The notes under the pieces were generated by a model that saw nothing but the letters and a program-made list of their open reading frames with translations, was not told the origin of the DNA and did no database searches. Position numbers and translations under genes: made by a program. Source: an uncultured Ignavibacteria bacterium (GTDB taxonomy: Bacteria; Zixibacteria; MSB-5A5; WJJR01; JAJRUJ01). From it: a DNA stretch of 64,000 bases. The stretch covers positions 1,273 through 65,272 of the forward strand of contig CAYWVO010000015.1 in NCBI GenBank assembly GCA_964461835.1. The letters run 5' to 3'. Shown piece by piece: positions 9,330 to 21,400 of the stretch; within the stretch, counting starts at the first letter, position 1; every line of letters starts with the position of its first letter.

Positions 9330-9449
9330 CTTTTTTATGATTCGTCCGTCATTTCTTTCACAAATCTCAAATTCCTCCCGTTGATTCCCGAAGTCGTCAC
9401 GTATATCTTGCCACATCTAAGGAAACCCGCAGGCCCGCAAGGAGAGGCT

Positions 9450-10811
9450 ATGTCTTCGGTGACTGATTTTATCAATGAAAACCGCCAGCGATATGTTGAG
9501 GAATTGAGTGAGCTGTTGCGGATGGAGACAATCTCCGCCGATTCCAGCAAAAAACAGGAGTTGGTCAAATGCGCCGAACATCTGAAAGCACATTTCGAGC
9601 ATATCGGCTTAACCGCCCGCGTGGAGAAAACGCCGGGACATCCCATTGTGTACGCCGAATGGCTGGGAAAACCGGACGCACCCACGGTGCTGTATTACGG
9701 ACACTATGACGTGCAGCCGGTGGAGCCGCTCGATGAATGGAAGACTCCGCCGTTTGAGCCGACAGTCCGGGACGGCAACCTGTATGCGCGCGGCTCCTCG
9801 GATGACAAAGGCCAGATGTTCACCCATGTGAAAGCGGCCGAGGCCTATTTCAAGACCGTGGGTGAACCGCCGGTGAACCTGAAATTTATCATCGAGGGCG
9901 AGGAAGAGGCCGCCGCGGATAACTTGGATGAATATATCCATGCCAACAAAGAGGCGCTGGCCTGCGATTATGTTATTGTTTCTGATACCGCGCAATTCGC
10001 CGAAGGGCTCCCGTCGATTTGCTATGGTTTACGGGGTATCCTCTATATGGAAATTGTGATCACCGGGCCGAACCGGGACCTGCACTCCGGGGAATTTGGT
10101 GGTGCGGTGGATAATCCGGCCAACGTGCTGGGGCGGATGCTGGCGCAGTTGCACGACGCCGACGGCCGGGTCAAGATCGATGGTTTCTATGATGATGTGG
10201 AAGAAATCACCGGGCAAGAGCGCAAAGAATTCGCCGCGTTGCCGTTCAGTGAGGATAAGTACAAACAGATGCTGGAGTTACCGGAGCTCTATGGCGAGAA
10301 AGGATATACGCCGCTTGAACATGTTTGGTCCCGTCCCACCTGTGATGTGAACGGTGTCTATGGCGGCTATATGGGCGAGGGCGCCAAGACGGTGATCCCG
10401 GCCAAAGTCGGCGCGAAAATCAGTATGCGACTGGTGCCCAAGCAACATCCGGACAAAGTGGAAAAACTCTTCCGCACCTACATTGAAAAGATCACCCCAC
10501 CGACCGTGAAAGTTGATATTATCACACATGGCAAAGCCCGGCCGGTGGTGGTCTCCACCGATAATCCCGCCCTGGTCAAAGCCCGCGAGGCGCTGGCCCA
10601 GGCGTTCGACGCTAAAGCGGTATTAATGAAAGGTGGCGGATCGGTGCCGGTGGTCGAGACATTCCAGAGCGTCCTCGGGGTGCCGCCATTGCTGTTGGGC
10701 TTTGGTTTGCCGGATGACGGGCTGCACTCCCCGAACGAAAAATTTTCCTTGGAGCAGTTTCACAAAGGGATTCTGACTTCCGCCATATTAATGGATAAGC
10801 TGACCACATAA
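9450..10811 (+). CDS. M20 family dipeptidase (ArgE/DapE/CNDP-like)
   Basis: YYGHYDVQP, YARGSSDDKG, EGEEE, DLHSG, HSPNEKF; SD AAGGAG before ATG 9450. Confidence 0.93.
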   Translation: MSSVTDFINENRQRYVEELSELLRMETISADSSKKQELVKCAEHLKAHFEHIGLTARVEKTPGHPIVYAEWLGKPDAPTVLYYGHYDVQPVEPLDEWKTPPFEPTVRDGNLYARGSSDDKGQMFTHVKAAEAYFKTVGEPPVNLKFIIEGEEEAAADNLDEYIHANKEALACDYVIVSDTAQFAEGLPSICYGLRGILYMEIVITGPNRDLHSGEFGGAVDNPANVLGRMLAQLHDADGRVKIDGFYDDVEEITGQERKEFAALPFSEDKYKQMLELPELYGEKGYTPLEHVWSRPTCDVNGVYGGYMGEGAKTVIPAKVGAKISMRLVPKQHPDKVEKLFRTYIEKITPPTVKVDIITHGKARPVVVSTDNPALVKAREALAQAFDAKAVLMKGGGSVPVVETFQSVLGVPPLLLGFGLPDDGLHSPNEKFSLEQFHKGILTSAILMDKLTT

Positions 10812-10820
10812 GGGTTGTTG

Positions 10821-11462
10821 ATGATTATCGAGCGCATTGTTGTCGGCGCCCTGATGGTGAATTGCTATCTGGTCGGCGACGAGGAATCGAACGAAGGTAT
10901 CATTATTGATCCCGGTGCGGATGCCGACCGGGTTGGCCAAAAAGTCGATGAACTCAGCTTGAAAATCACCAAGGTTGTCGCCACGCATGGGCATGTCGAT
11001 CATGTCGGCGCAGTGGAGCCATTGAAACGTCGGTTTAATGTTCCCTTTGCGGTACATCGGGCCGATGAATGGTTTTTACCGCACACCCGTGAGAATGGGG
11101 CAATGTATGGCTTGCTGAACCTGGAAAATCCCACGGCCGATGAATATTTGGCAGAAGGCGGGATTATCCGTGTCGGCAAGCATTCCTTCAATATTATAGA
11201 GGCCCCCGGTCATTGTCAGGGGGCGGTGATTCTGCTGGGGGAAGGGCATGCCTTTGTGGGGGATGTGTTATTTGCGGGGTCAATCGGCAGAACTGACTTA
11301 CCGGGAAGCAGTTACGAGGAGATGGTGGTCTCCCTGGAGAAAGTATTGTCGGTGATACCGGAGGACACGGTTTTGCATCCGGGACATGGCGACAGTACTT
11401 CGTTAGCGGTGGAAAAGCAGTATAATCCTTTTCTGCAAGGACTTAGAGGAGAGATTCGTTAA
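10821..11462 (+). CDS. MBL-fold metallo-hydrolase (glyoxalase II-like)
   Basis: NCYL, IIDPG, THGHVDHVGA, PGH, GDVLFAGSIGRTDLPG, HPGHG. Confidence 0.92.
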   Translation: MIIERIVVGALMVNCYLVGDEESNEGIIIDPGADADRVGQKVDELSLKITKVVATHGHVDHVGAVEPLKRRFNVPFAVHRADEWFLPHTRENGAMYGLLNLENPTADEYLAEGGIIRVGKHSFNIIEAPGHCQGAVILLGEGHAFVGDVLFAGSIGRTDLPGSSYEEMVVSLEKVLSVIPEDTVLHPGHGDSTSLAVEKQYNPFLQGLRGEIR

Positions 11463-11753
11463 GCATCATCAGGAGGTCACCCGGGATAGGTAAAGCGTTG
11501 GAACATCTTGTTCCGATAACCTCAGGTGCGCCAGTAAATAAGAAATTAAGCAAAAAAGTGCTTGCCCCGGTCGGCGTGCGCCGCAATATTTTCGCCCTTA
11601 ATGCCCTGGGGGGAAAACTGTGGAAGGGTGTAAAAAGAATATTTTTGGCTAAACCCGGCTTGCCCGAATCCGATAACAGGATTGACCGAAAAGTATCGGT
11701 TATTGGGCATTATCGGGCGCGGCAAAATTATTAAGTCGATATGGAAAAACATC

Positions 11754-11782
11754 TTGACATCATTTCTGGCGGGGATTAGTCT
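11754..11782 (+). promoter_or_regulatory. Sigma-70-type promoter for the giant surface-protein gene
   Basis: TTGACA (11754)-N17-TAGTCT (11777). Confidence 0.65.
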
Positions 11783-11789
11783 GGTTGCA

Positions 11790-12455
11790 ATTTGCCGACG
11801 CGTGTCGGCGCGTTTGTATTGAAAACAGTTCGGGAGGGTCAATAGATTTATCACTGAGATTGTAGTGTTTTTCAGTATCTCGACGGGATTCTGTATTCCC
11901 CCGGCGGTGACGGAGTGCGGACCCTAAACCGCCCGCGTGTTGTCAGGAGAGAACAGAAGATAGGGAACACGACGCGGAAGCAGGTCCCTCTAGTGATGGC
12001 CCAATAAACAACACACCGGACAACCACGGAGGGTTGCCGAGACTAACACCGGGCAGGAATCAACGGACGATAGAAAAAGCGGTGTTGGTCACAACGAGTA
12101 CTCGCGACACCAGTGGTCCTGTGCGGGGATCACAAAGCGAGGGTAAAAGGAGTTACCCAACGGCGTCCCGAAAATTGATCTACTGTCGGTAGGCAACGAC
12201 GACACAGTAAGGGGGGTAGGTCATGGCGAAGATACCCGGTTTCTTCGATTTGCAGATAATTTCAGGATGCAGGTATAGGTATGTTTAAAAGAATTGAAAG
12301 GAGGGTCTGGTATTGGCCGGCCGCGGTTCGGGCAGGTCAAGACGCTAGCAAAGGAGTATCGAACAATCGCATGGAAACGATGGAACAGAACACAAACGAA
12401 CAATCGCAACGAAGTGAACAGAAGACAGTATCCCTTTAACCAGGGGGAAAGCTTA
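11790..12455 (+). ncRNA. Long structured, ANGGA-rich 5' leader (or sRNA) upstream of the giant gene
   Basis: Hairpins GGCGGT/ACCGCC, CCGCGT..ACGCGG, CAACC/GGTTG, GACTAACACCG/CGGTGTTGGTC, GTGGTCC/GGATCAC, GGGTAA/TTACCC, TACTGT/ACAGTA; nine ANGGA and three CAGGA motifs. Confidence 0.45.
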
Positions 12456-15400
12456 ATGAAGCCATTTTCTATGAAGGGACTGGCAGTAACGGCTGCTCTG
12501 CTTCTCGTGCCACTCCTCGCCGCGCCCGCCTTGGGGCAGATTTACTATTTCTACGGCGAGACGGACGTGACAGTGGACAAGCCGTTTGATGTACCCTGTC
12601 GAGTCTTGAACTTGCAGCCGGGTGAACCGGCGCCCACGGACCTGGTGGTCATGGCGTTCCGCATCGCCAACGATTCGGCTTCCGATCGAGATCTTGACTC
12701 GATGGTTGTATCCAGTGTCAACTCCGATTCCGGGATGGTAGACGAAGTGTACATCTACCGGGAATCGGATGCCATCACGCCAGCGAGCGCAACCGATTTC
12801 GCCTCGGGGTCCGATGTCTTGCTTGGGACCGCAACAGAGTTCAACAACGGTTCCAATAACGGATTCGACACCGGCGATACGCTGTCGTTCGTCGATAATT
12901 GGACCTCCACCACGATCGGTGCCGGTGACACGGCGTTTTTCTACATTGTCGTTGATGTCGCGGCCGGAATAGTCGGGGAGGATCGCTGGGCCGGCGCATC
13001 GCTCGGTGTATTCCTCGATGGTGATGAACCAGCGCTGGTGCTCGATAACGGGAGTTATGGCCCGGTGGATGCGCCCGGCGTTGGCGGTGACCCGGTCGAC
13101 GATTTCGAAAACGATCCCAACCCCATGGCGTACTGCGAAACGCGGGCCATGGCGGGATGGTTCGAAGTCGATGCCGGCAACACCGACCTGCGGCTGGGGA
13201 TGATTCCAATTGATCCCAGTCCCGCAAGGAAGTACCGTGGTCGTGAGTGGATTCACGGCGGTTCTTTCGACAAGGTGCCGCTGATGCTCATCGTCGACAA
13301 CTCGCGCAGCACGCTGCCCGATACGCTGAAGACGATGACGATTCGCAGCCGCGTTGATCGGGCGAGCGCGATCGAAAGCATTGCCATTTACAAAGAGGAT
13401 GAGTGCACAGTACCGACGGATGCCTCGACCTTGCGGACGGGAGGCTCGCAAGCCGATGACTTGTGGGCCGAGCGATCCGGTCTCGGGGATTTTACCTGGG
13501 GGCCGGGGAACATTCGCGGTGACGCAGTGGCGCTGACAATGAACGCCGGCAAAGGCGTTGTCCCGCCCGGCGAGATTGTGTACCTCTATATCGTCGTCGA
13601 TATGAACGCCGCAGTAATCGAGGCCAGTCAGGCCAGCCGCGAGAATTTCGACCGCGGACTCGTTGGTCTGGCTTTGAATGACACCCTGAGCAGCCCCGAT
13701 CCCGAAGCGATGGTCTTCGGGAATGCCGGCGTGGGGCCGCGGTGGTCCGACAATGGCACCCGGATTGTCTGGGAAAACGATCTGACCGGTGCCACTGGTC
13801 TTCACGACGGCGGATCTTCAGACAATCTGCTTATTGACACAGGAGAGTCCTGGGATATTAACCAGTGGGTTGGCTGGAAGATATACGACTTGGACACCTT
13901 GACTGGAGCTGTGCTTGATTCTGGTCTTGTAAGCTCAAACTCGGACACCTCAATCACTGCCATTATGCTTGGCGGGACTACTTGGGAAGACCGGCACATT
14001 TACCGTCTGACCAACCCGCCGGGCCAGCCGTTTATCCTGGACACCAAGCCGCCGGAACTCTGGTGCTATCAAACGCGGTGGGTCCACACGGACAACGCTG
14101 CGGATCGCCCCGGTCTGGGTGACGGCGTTATCGATAACCAGGACAACTTGTCGCTGTATTTCTATGTGGCAGATACCGGCGCCAGCGGTATCGATATGAC
14201 GCTGTCGGGTCGACCGCGGGTTAATATAAGTCCGTTTCAATCGGCGGGCGATCCGGCGGTGCATGTGCTGGACTCGATCACGGTCAACGATACCCTGTTT
14301 TGGGCAACCTTACCGGCTCTCATGATTGATACTACCTACACGGGGAGCCGCACGGATACATTGGCCGGTAACCTGAAATTACAGGTTATTACGAAAGACC
14401 TTGCCGGAAATACGCTGACCGACTCCTGCACGGTTCCTTACAATGTGGATACCCGTCGTCCTACCTTCGGACGGGACGGAGATTCTGGTCCGGAAGTGCC
14501 GCTCGAATTTAAGTTCACCCCGAATGGTGACTTGAACGGCGATGGTTGGGCCGGCATTGGCGACACGCTGCGCATCACGGCCAATATGGGCGTCCACTGG
14601 CGTAACTGGAACCGCGATGATGGTCTCGGCAACGAGATCGACTCGGTCTGGGCCGATATCAGCAGTTGGGGTATGGCGCAGACCTTGGTTCCGTTGTTCG
14701 ATCCGTCCGGTGACGGGCAGAACTTCTCCGGTGATTTCGTGGTAACCCAGGGCGGTCTGGATACCCTGGCCAGCAACGATGCGACCTTGATTTCGATCTG
14801 GGCGCTGGATAACGCGGATAACTACGCAAATTACCATGAGTTGCGTTTCGCGCCGGTAGGCGTGGACAGTCCAGGGATTGACAACCAGTTCCCGCCGATC
14901 GGCGCCAATACCTGGACGTTGTTCAGCGAACCGGCTCCGAACCCGACCAACAACATCATTAATATTGGTGATGTGGTGCGGTTCGAGGTCGAATTCGATA
15001 CCACCGGCGGCCTGCCGTATGATATCGATTCCGTCTATGTCGACCTGTTTGAAGCCGGTCTCGGTGGCAACCATCGGGTCGACTTCACCCCGCCGGGTTC
15101 GGGCAGCACATTGTGGAGGCTGGATACGACGGTATTGGATCCGCGACTGAATAACTCGCACGATTTTGCGCAGGACACGGTCAAGACCGACGTGTGCCCG
15201 AACATACCGTTGTACGCCGGTGTGCGCTACAAAATCCCGATCACGATTGTCGATGACCGGGGGAACCGCATTGTCGATACGGTTGGTCCGCCGGATTATC
15301 CGCACTTGAACGGCGATTCCACTACGCTGGTCTCGGTGGACACCAAGGTGCCGGAACCGGTGCTGGACCTGGTCGGCAGCGCGCGACCGGACGGTAATGT

Positions 15401-18400
15401 CGGGCTTGATTGGACGATCCCGGCGGCGGACACCGGTGACGGTCCCCTGACCTATGATATCTACTGGGATGAAGGTGCGGGTACGACCCCATCCGAGGTC
15501 CTGGCTACTGTAACGGAAATCAACGGTCCTACTTGCATGACGATTAACAGCTGGGTTTCCGACACGACGGTGGTCGATCCGGACCTCCTGGAATGTGGTG
15601 AGACATACCGTTTCGCCGTCGTTGTCCGTGACGACGCGAACAACTCGTCGGATTTCTCTGAAACCGTCGAAGTTACCACCGATTGTGATCCGCCGGAGAT
15701 GTGCGTGTGGCAGCCGGACTTGGATAGCACCAAGACCTACAGTTGTCATGGGTGTGACTTCACCAGCGACACGACATATACTGGCCTCACCATTTACGTG
15801 CAGCCGAAGGATAGCGCCAGCATGGATGTGGCCTCGATTGGCGATGTTCTTGTCCGGTTGAAAGACCGCGGTGGGGCGCCGGGGCCGTGGACCTCAGTTG
15901 GTTTCGTGGATGTCGGTGCGGACGCACCGCACACCTTTGCCTTGAAGCTCAACTGCGATTCTCTGGATGCCGTCGTGGGGACCGAGCTGGTCGATTTGGT
16001 TGAATTGATCATCATCGGTGTTGACGAAGCCGGTAATAAAATCTCGAGCGAAGACGCATTAGCTGCTTGCAAGAGTGAGTTCAACTGGTCGACAGTCAAC
16101 ACACTTGATGGTCAAATCTTCTCGATCAACGACAAGCTGCCGCAATATAAGCCGTACTGTGGCGAAGTGGGTTTCGAAGTCGAAGGCGAAAACAATGTGA
16201 TTGTGGTTTACCTAAATGGTGGTACACCACCTTACACCGTTCGTGCGTTTGCCGACGATGACACGGAGATTGAATTTGATAATGATCAAATCTTCTTCAT
16301 GGACACCGTTAGCACCGATACCCTTACATTCGACTCCCTTGATGTGACGGGTTGGGAAAAGGGTGCCGGTCGCTTATTTGTTGAATGGTGTGATGCGAAT
16401 GGCGCCTATGCCTCCGATGAAGTGAATCTCTGCGTACCGGACGTGATTGCGCCGTGCGCCCGGGTGACCAACCCGATGGACGGCAAATGCATCCCGGTTT
16501 CGCTCTCCGCCCAGGATCCGGTCCCGGTCACCGTGACCATTGACCCGCTCGAGAACTGTCTCGATCCCGAAGACGTGGTCAAGGTCGATTTCGAGTGGTC
16601 GGACAGTTGCTGCGAAGGCACTTATTGGGATTACTTCCTCCGTCCGGATACGGTCTTCGAGGCCGGCGGTGACACGGTCTCCTGTGACACCACCTACTTT
16701 GAAGAAGGTCCGTTTGCGGGTGAAATCGAATCAATCGAGTGTATCATCGAAGGTTCGGACACCACCGTGGTCAACTGGGTGGTTGATTCGACTCTCATCG
16801 ATTGCTCCTCAGACGAAATCTGGACGGTCTTCGGATCGCAACCGGGTGACTCCATCAGCTTTGGTGACGTTACCTATTGGTGGGTGAACACTAACGACCT
16901 GGCCGGTTACACCACCGGCGATAACATCTTCATCCGTGCGCGGGTGTTTGATGAACAGGGCAACGTGGACACCACCGAATGCGTGCTGGTTTGCATCGAC
17001 ACCGACACGCCGCCGGTCTGTCTGATGACCGACGACCTGTGTTACGGTGTAGACGATATCCCGCGGCTGTCGGGGGCCAGCAACACCATGTATGCGGTGC
17101 TCGACACGATTGCCGGCGGCATCACGGTTGACGATGTTGAATCGATGACGCTGTGGTACAAGAAGTCGACTGATGCCGATCGCTACGAACACTGGAATTC
17201 GCTGGGCGCTGGCGTGCCGGCGACAAACAGTACCATGTGGCGGTGGGATAATGTCGATGTGACCGCATTGACCGATCAGGTCTACTACGACTTCCGGGTT
17301 GTTGTGACGACGATCTGGGGTACGGTCTCGTATGACTATGACGGTGACGGTCAGTTTGACCACAATACGTTCGATACCACGAATTGCGATGCCGCGACCT
17401 GGTGGATTGATCATTCCGCCGAAAACATCTGGATCGACACGGTCTGGACGACGGTCGAAGGCACGCAGATTGTCCAACCGAACACCAGTTGCACGCTGAG
17501 TGATCCGCGTGGCTGGGCCTGGGCGCAGTACGGCCAGGATATCACGGTGCAGCCGCTGGTCGAGCCGATCGGGCTTGACGGCGACATCGTGAAAGTGGTC
17601 TGGACGCTGGTGGAAGGCGAAGGCTGTGCCACCTGCGACTGCGAAGGCGGTTTCAGCCAGGAAGGCGAGTGCGACTCAAAGGTGATCGCGATCAATGAAG
17701 ACGCCAATGCGTTGGATATGATCACGTTCAATCCAGCCGAAATCGCACAGTTTATCGACGTGAAGAACGGGTTCCAAACCCATGTCCTGCGCGTCGAAGC
17801 CTTCGACGGTTGCGGCAATTCGTCGTCCGACTGTATCGAACTGTTCCTGCTCGACATTCAGCCGACCGAAGCGATTATCGTGGAACCGAAAAACCACGAA
17901 GTCTTCTGTCAGGACCATGAAAACGAAGGCGGCGGCATCACGGTTACCGCGCAGACACTGATGGCTGATTATGTCGAGAAGGCGACTTTCTCGTACCGTG
18001 CTGTCGGTGACGAAGAGTGGATTGCATTTGAGGAAGTGGATGCCTCAGACGCGGTTACCACTACGCTGACCGCCATCTGGTACCCGCACGCGCTGGGCCT
18101 GGACGATGGTTCCTACGAACTGAAAGTCGTGGCCGAAGACGCGTCGGGCAATGAACAAACGAATGAGTATATCATCACCGTCCACCTCTCCTGTGGTGAG
18201 CCGACGGTGGCGATGGTGTATCCGGAAGCGGAGACCTTCATTGGCTGTCCGCTGGAGGTAAAGGCTGAGGCAACTGCCCCGGATGCGTTCAACTATATCA
18301 CCAAGGTCGAGTTCTACTTCCAGCCGGTCACCGGTGGTTTGATCACCAAGATTGGTGAAGATGAGTACTCGGTCGATGACATGTACAGTGTTGCCTGGAA

Positions 18401-21400
18401 TCCGTCCATCGACGGTGACTACTATATCTGGGCCGTGGCGACTGTGAAATCCGGTGTGTCGGTAGCTTCCGACAAAGTCTGGGTCAGCGGTGACGAAACG
18501 GCGCCGGAAGTCAACATGGTGGAAGTCGGTGGCGACCGCTCCAACGGTGGCTCCGGCGATCCGACGGTCATTCCGGCCGGTACGATGGTTGATATAGACG
18601 TTGAGGCATGGGATCGTCTGCAGGCCGACGGGTATGGTCCGGAAGATAACTGCGGTCTTGACAGTGTGAAGATTTATGTCAAGAGCGGCAGCACCGTTAT
18701 CTTCGGCGAGCTGACCCATCCGGTCGAAGCAGAAGAGAACATGTTCACGGTACAGTGGCCAACCGCCGGGCTGGCCAACGGGACCTACGAAGTCTACGCG
18801 GTGGCAACCGACAGTTGCTGTAACAACGCGACCTCCGACAGTTGGTATGTCAGCATTACCAACCCGGTCCCGCCGGTCACGCTGAGCGTGGACGAAGCCG
18901 CCGAGATCTGCGAAGAAATGCGGGTCAGCGGCGACGAAATCACCGTGCTGGTGGCCAAGGACGTGCTGGCGGATATCGACTCGGTCCAAATCTGGGTGAA
19001 CAATGCTCAGACACAATCCGATGTCTACGACCAGTACACCAAGGTCGGCAGCGATGCGACCGCCACGAACGGTGTGTATTCAATCACCGTCGACATTTCG
19101 CTGTGGACCGAAAGCAGCTATCGTCTCCGTGCGGTGCCGTGGGTGAACGGCATGGCTGCTGACGACGGTAACGACGCTGACACCGAATTCGACGACTTCA
19201 CCTTCGATCCGGCCAACAAGCCGTGGCAGATGCTGCTGTGGGTGGAACGGACCGCTCCGGTCCCGACCTTCACCTTGGAGAACTCAGTGATCTCCGCCGG
19301 CTCGGAATTCGAAGTCACCGTCGATCCGTCGGCTTGTGAACTGTGTGATATCGATCACTTCGAATACGGCGTGGTGACTCAGGGCGGTGTGTACGGTACC
19401 CGCGCTGAGTACACGACGACCGAATGTGAATTCTCGTTCGACCCGGTGGACTCCGGCCTGGTCACCCTGGAAAATTGCTACTGGGGTGGGTATGTCCGCG
19501 TCCTCGGCGTTGACGCGCTGGGTAACACCGGTGCGCAGGACGTCTGGGTCGACATTCTCGACGTTCCGGAAGGCCAGGCTCTGGTAACCTCACCGGCCTA
19601 CGGTGATGTGATCAAAGGCGAAGTTGAGCTGATGGCGAAGTGGGTCGGCGAGGTTTCGGATGTGGTCTTCTTCTACAGTACCCTGGCGGATGACAGCGAC
19701 GCGACCGAAATTGGCGCGGCGGATGAAGATGGCCTGCTGCTCTGGGATACGGAAGACGAGGAGACCGGCGTCGCGGACGGCGAGATTTACCTCTGGGCGC
19801 AAGCGGATGGTACGCTCCATGAAGCCGCCTGTGCGCGCAAGGTGAAAGTCGTTAACGACTGCGTAGATGTCTATCTCGGTAGTCCGTGGCCGTACGGTGA
19901 GTGTGAAGGTGACCAGAACATCTATGTTGGTGGCACGTTCGATCTCAAGGTCGACTCAATCCTCTCCGTCCACCCGATCGACTCGGTTGTCTTTGCCTAT
20001 AAGACGATCGGTGCTCCGGGTGCCTGGACCGATACCGAAGATCCATCACAGGGTTGGGTCTGGGTTGGCATGGACCGTTACGAAGCGCAGTCCTGGGATG
20101 TTTCCTGGGATGCGAGTTCCGTACCTGACGGTCACTATGTTGTCCAAGCCTTTGCCTACGTTGAAGGCAAGGAATGTCACTCGAACAACCTGTTACTCTA
20201 CATGGATAACACGGACCCGGTGGCGATGATCTCGCAGGTTGGCGACGATCAGACGCCGGTGACGTGTGCTGACGTAACCGAAGGCGCTGACGTCGAAATC
20301 ACCGCCGTGGCCACCGACGAGGAATCCTGTGCTCGCTGGGCGCAGTTCTTCGCCGGGTATTGTGGTGAGGAGGCTGGCAGCGGAAAGGCCGATATCACGT
20401 TTGCGATCGATTACTCCGGTTCGATGGATGAGGAAATCGATCGGGCTACAGATGCTGTCGCCGACTTTGTTAACTCGCTACAAGTCAGCAACATCGACTT
20501 CACGGTCGGTTTGATTAACCTGCTTAGTCAGGAGGTCGCACAGAACCAGACGACCGATGTTGCCGCTTTCATCACCGCGCTGGAAAATCCTTCCGGTGGT
20601 GGCGGCGTCGGTTCCTATAGCGTACTCAACGATCTGGCCTTCGGGAATAAGGGGATGAATTACCGCAGTGATGCGAGCAAATTCGTGATCCTGATCACCG
20701 ACACTTCGCCAGAAAGCGGCATGGCCAGTGATATTGAATTCTGCGATGTTGCTGATCCCGCCGCCGAAGCTCCATTGGCAGGGGCACTTGCCGGTGCCGG
20801 CTTCACGGTGTACGCCGTTGTTGAAGAACCGACGGATCCGAGCTATTCGGGTAACTGCGCCGAAGAAGACCACAACGCGTATGATCAGATTGTCTCGCTG
20901 ACCGGTGGTGGCTTCTACGATCTGGATGCGGAAGACTACTCGCCGCTGTTCACCGAGATCGCAGATGCGATCGCGCTGAGCTTGGCCGGTCAAGGCAGCC
21001 AGTTGGGTGGTACCATTTGGGTCGAGACGGTTGACCTGAGCACGGATGATCCTGTCGCGAAGTGGAATACCACCGGACTCGATCCGGGTACGTACTGCGT
21101 GTGGACAGTGGTTACCGATGCGGCGGGCAATCGGAAGACCTCGCAAGTCGTCGAAGTCTGTGTCTACGACAAGACGGCACCGGTCGCCTGGATTGCCGGC
21201 TTCGGCGATGCCACGGTGGCATGTCCGAATTGTGAGGAGCATCGGATCTACGGTCTAACCTGTGACACCGATGTGGAATCGATGAGCTTCCAGAAGCGTC
21301 CGCAGGGTTCGACCAGTGATCTCGACTGGATCACCATCGGCATCGGTAACGCGATCGACAACGAAAAGACGCTGTGGTACACCGAGTGGAATCCATGCAA

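Noticed and set aside
9255-9340. tRNA-Glu as a possible integration site
   Set aside because: There is no integrase and no duplicated tRNA 3' end in the window; lack of an encoded CCA is common.
9321-9449. N-terminal extension of the M20 peptidase
   Set aside because: It overlaps the tRNA-Glu 3' end; the SD supports ATG 9450.
11915-12040. Fragments resembling a c-di-GMP-I riboswitch (CCTAAAC, GGGTTGCCGA)
   Set aside because: There is no GGCAAA...GAAA P1/P2 architecture at suitable spacing; the GGTTG pairs locally instead.
12294-12455. 54-aa extension of the giant ORF
   Set aside because: It would bury the signal peptide; the SD-like GGGGGA supports ATG 12456.
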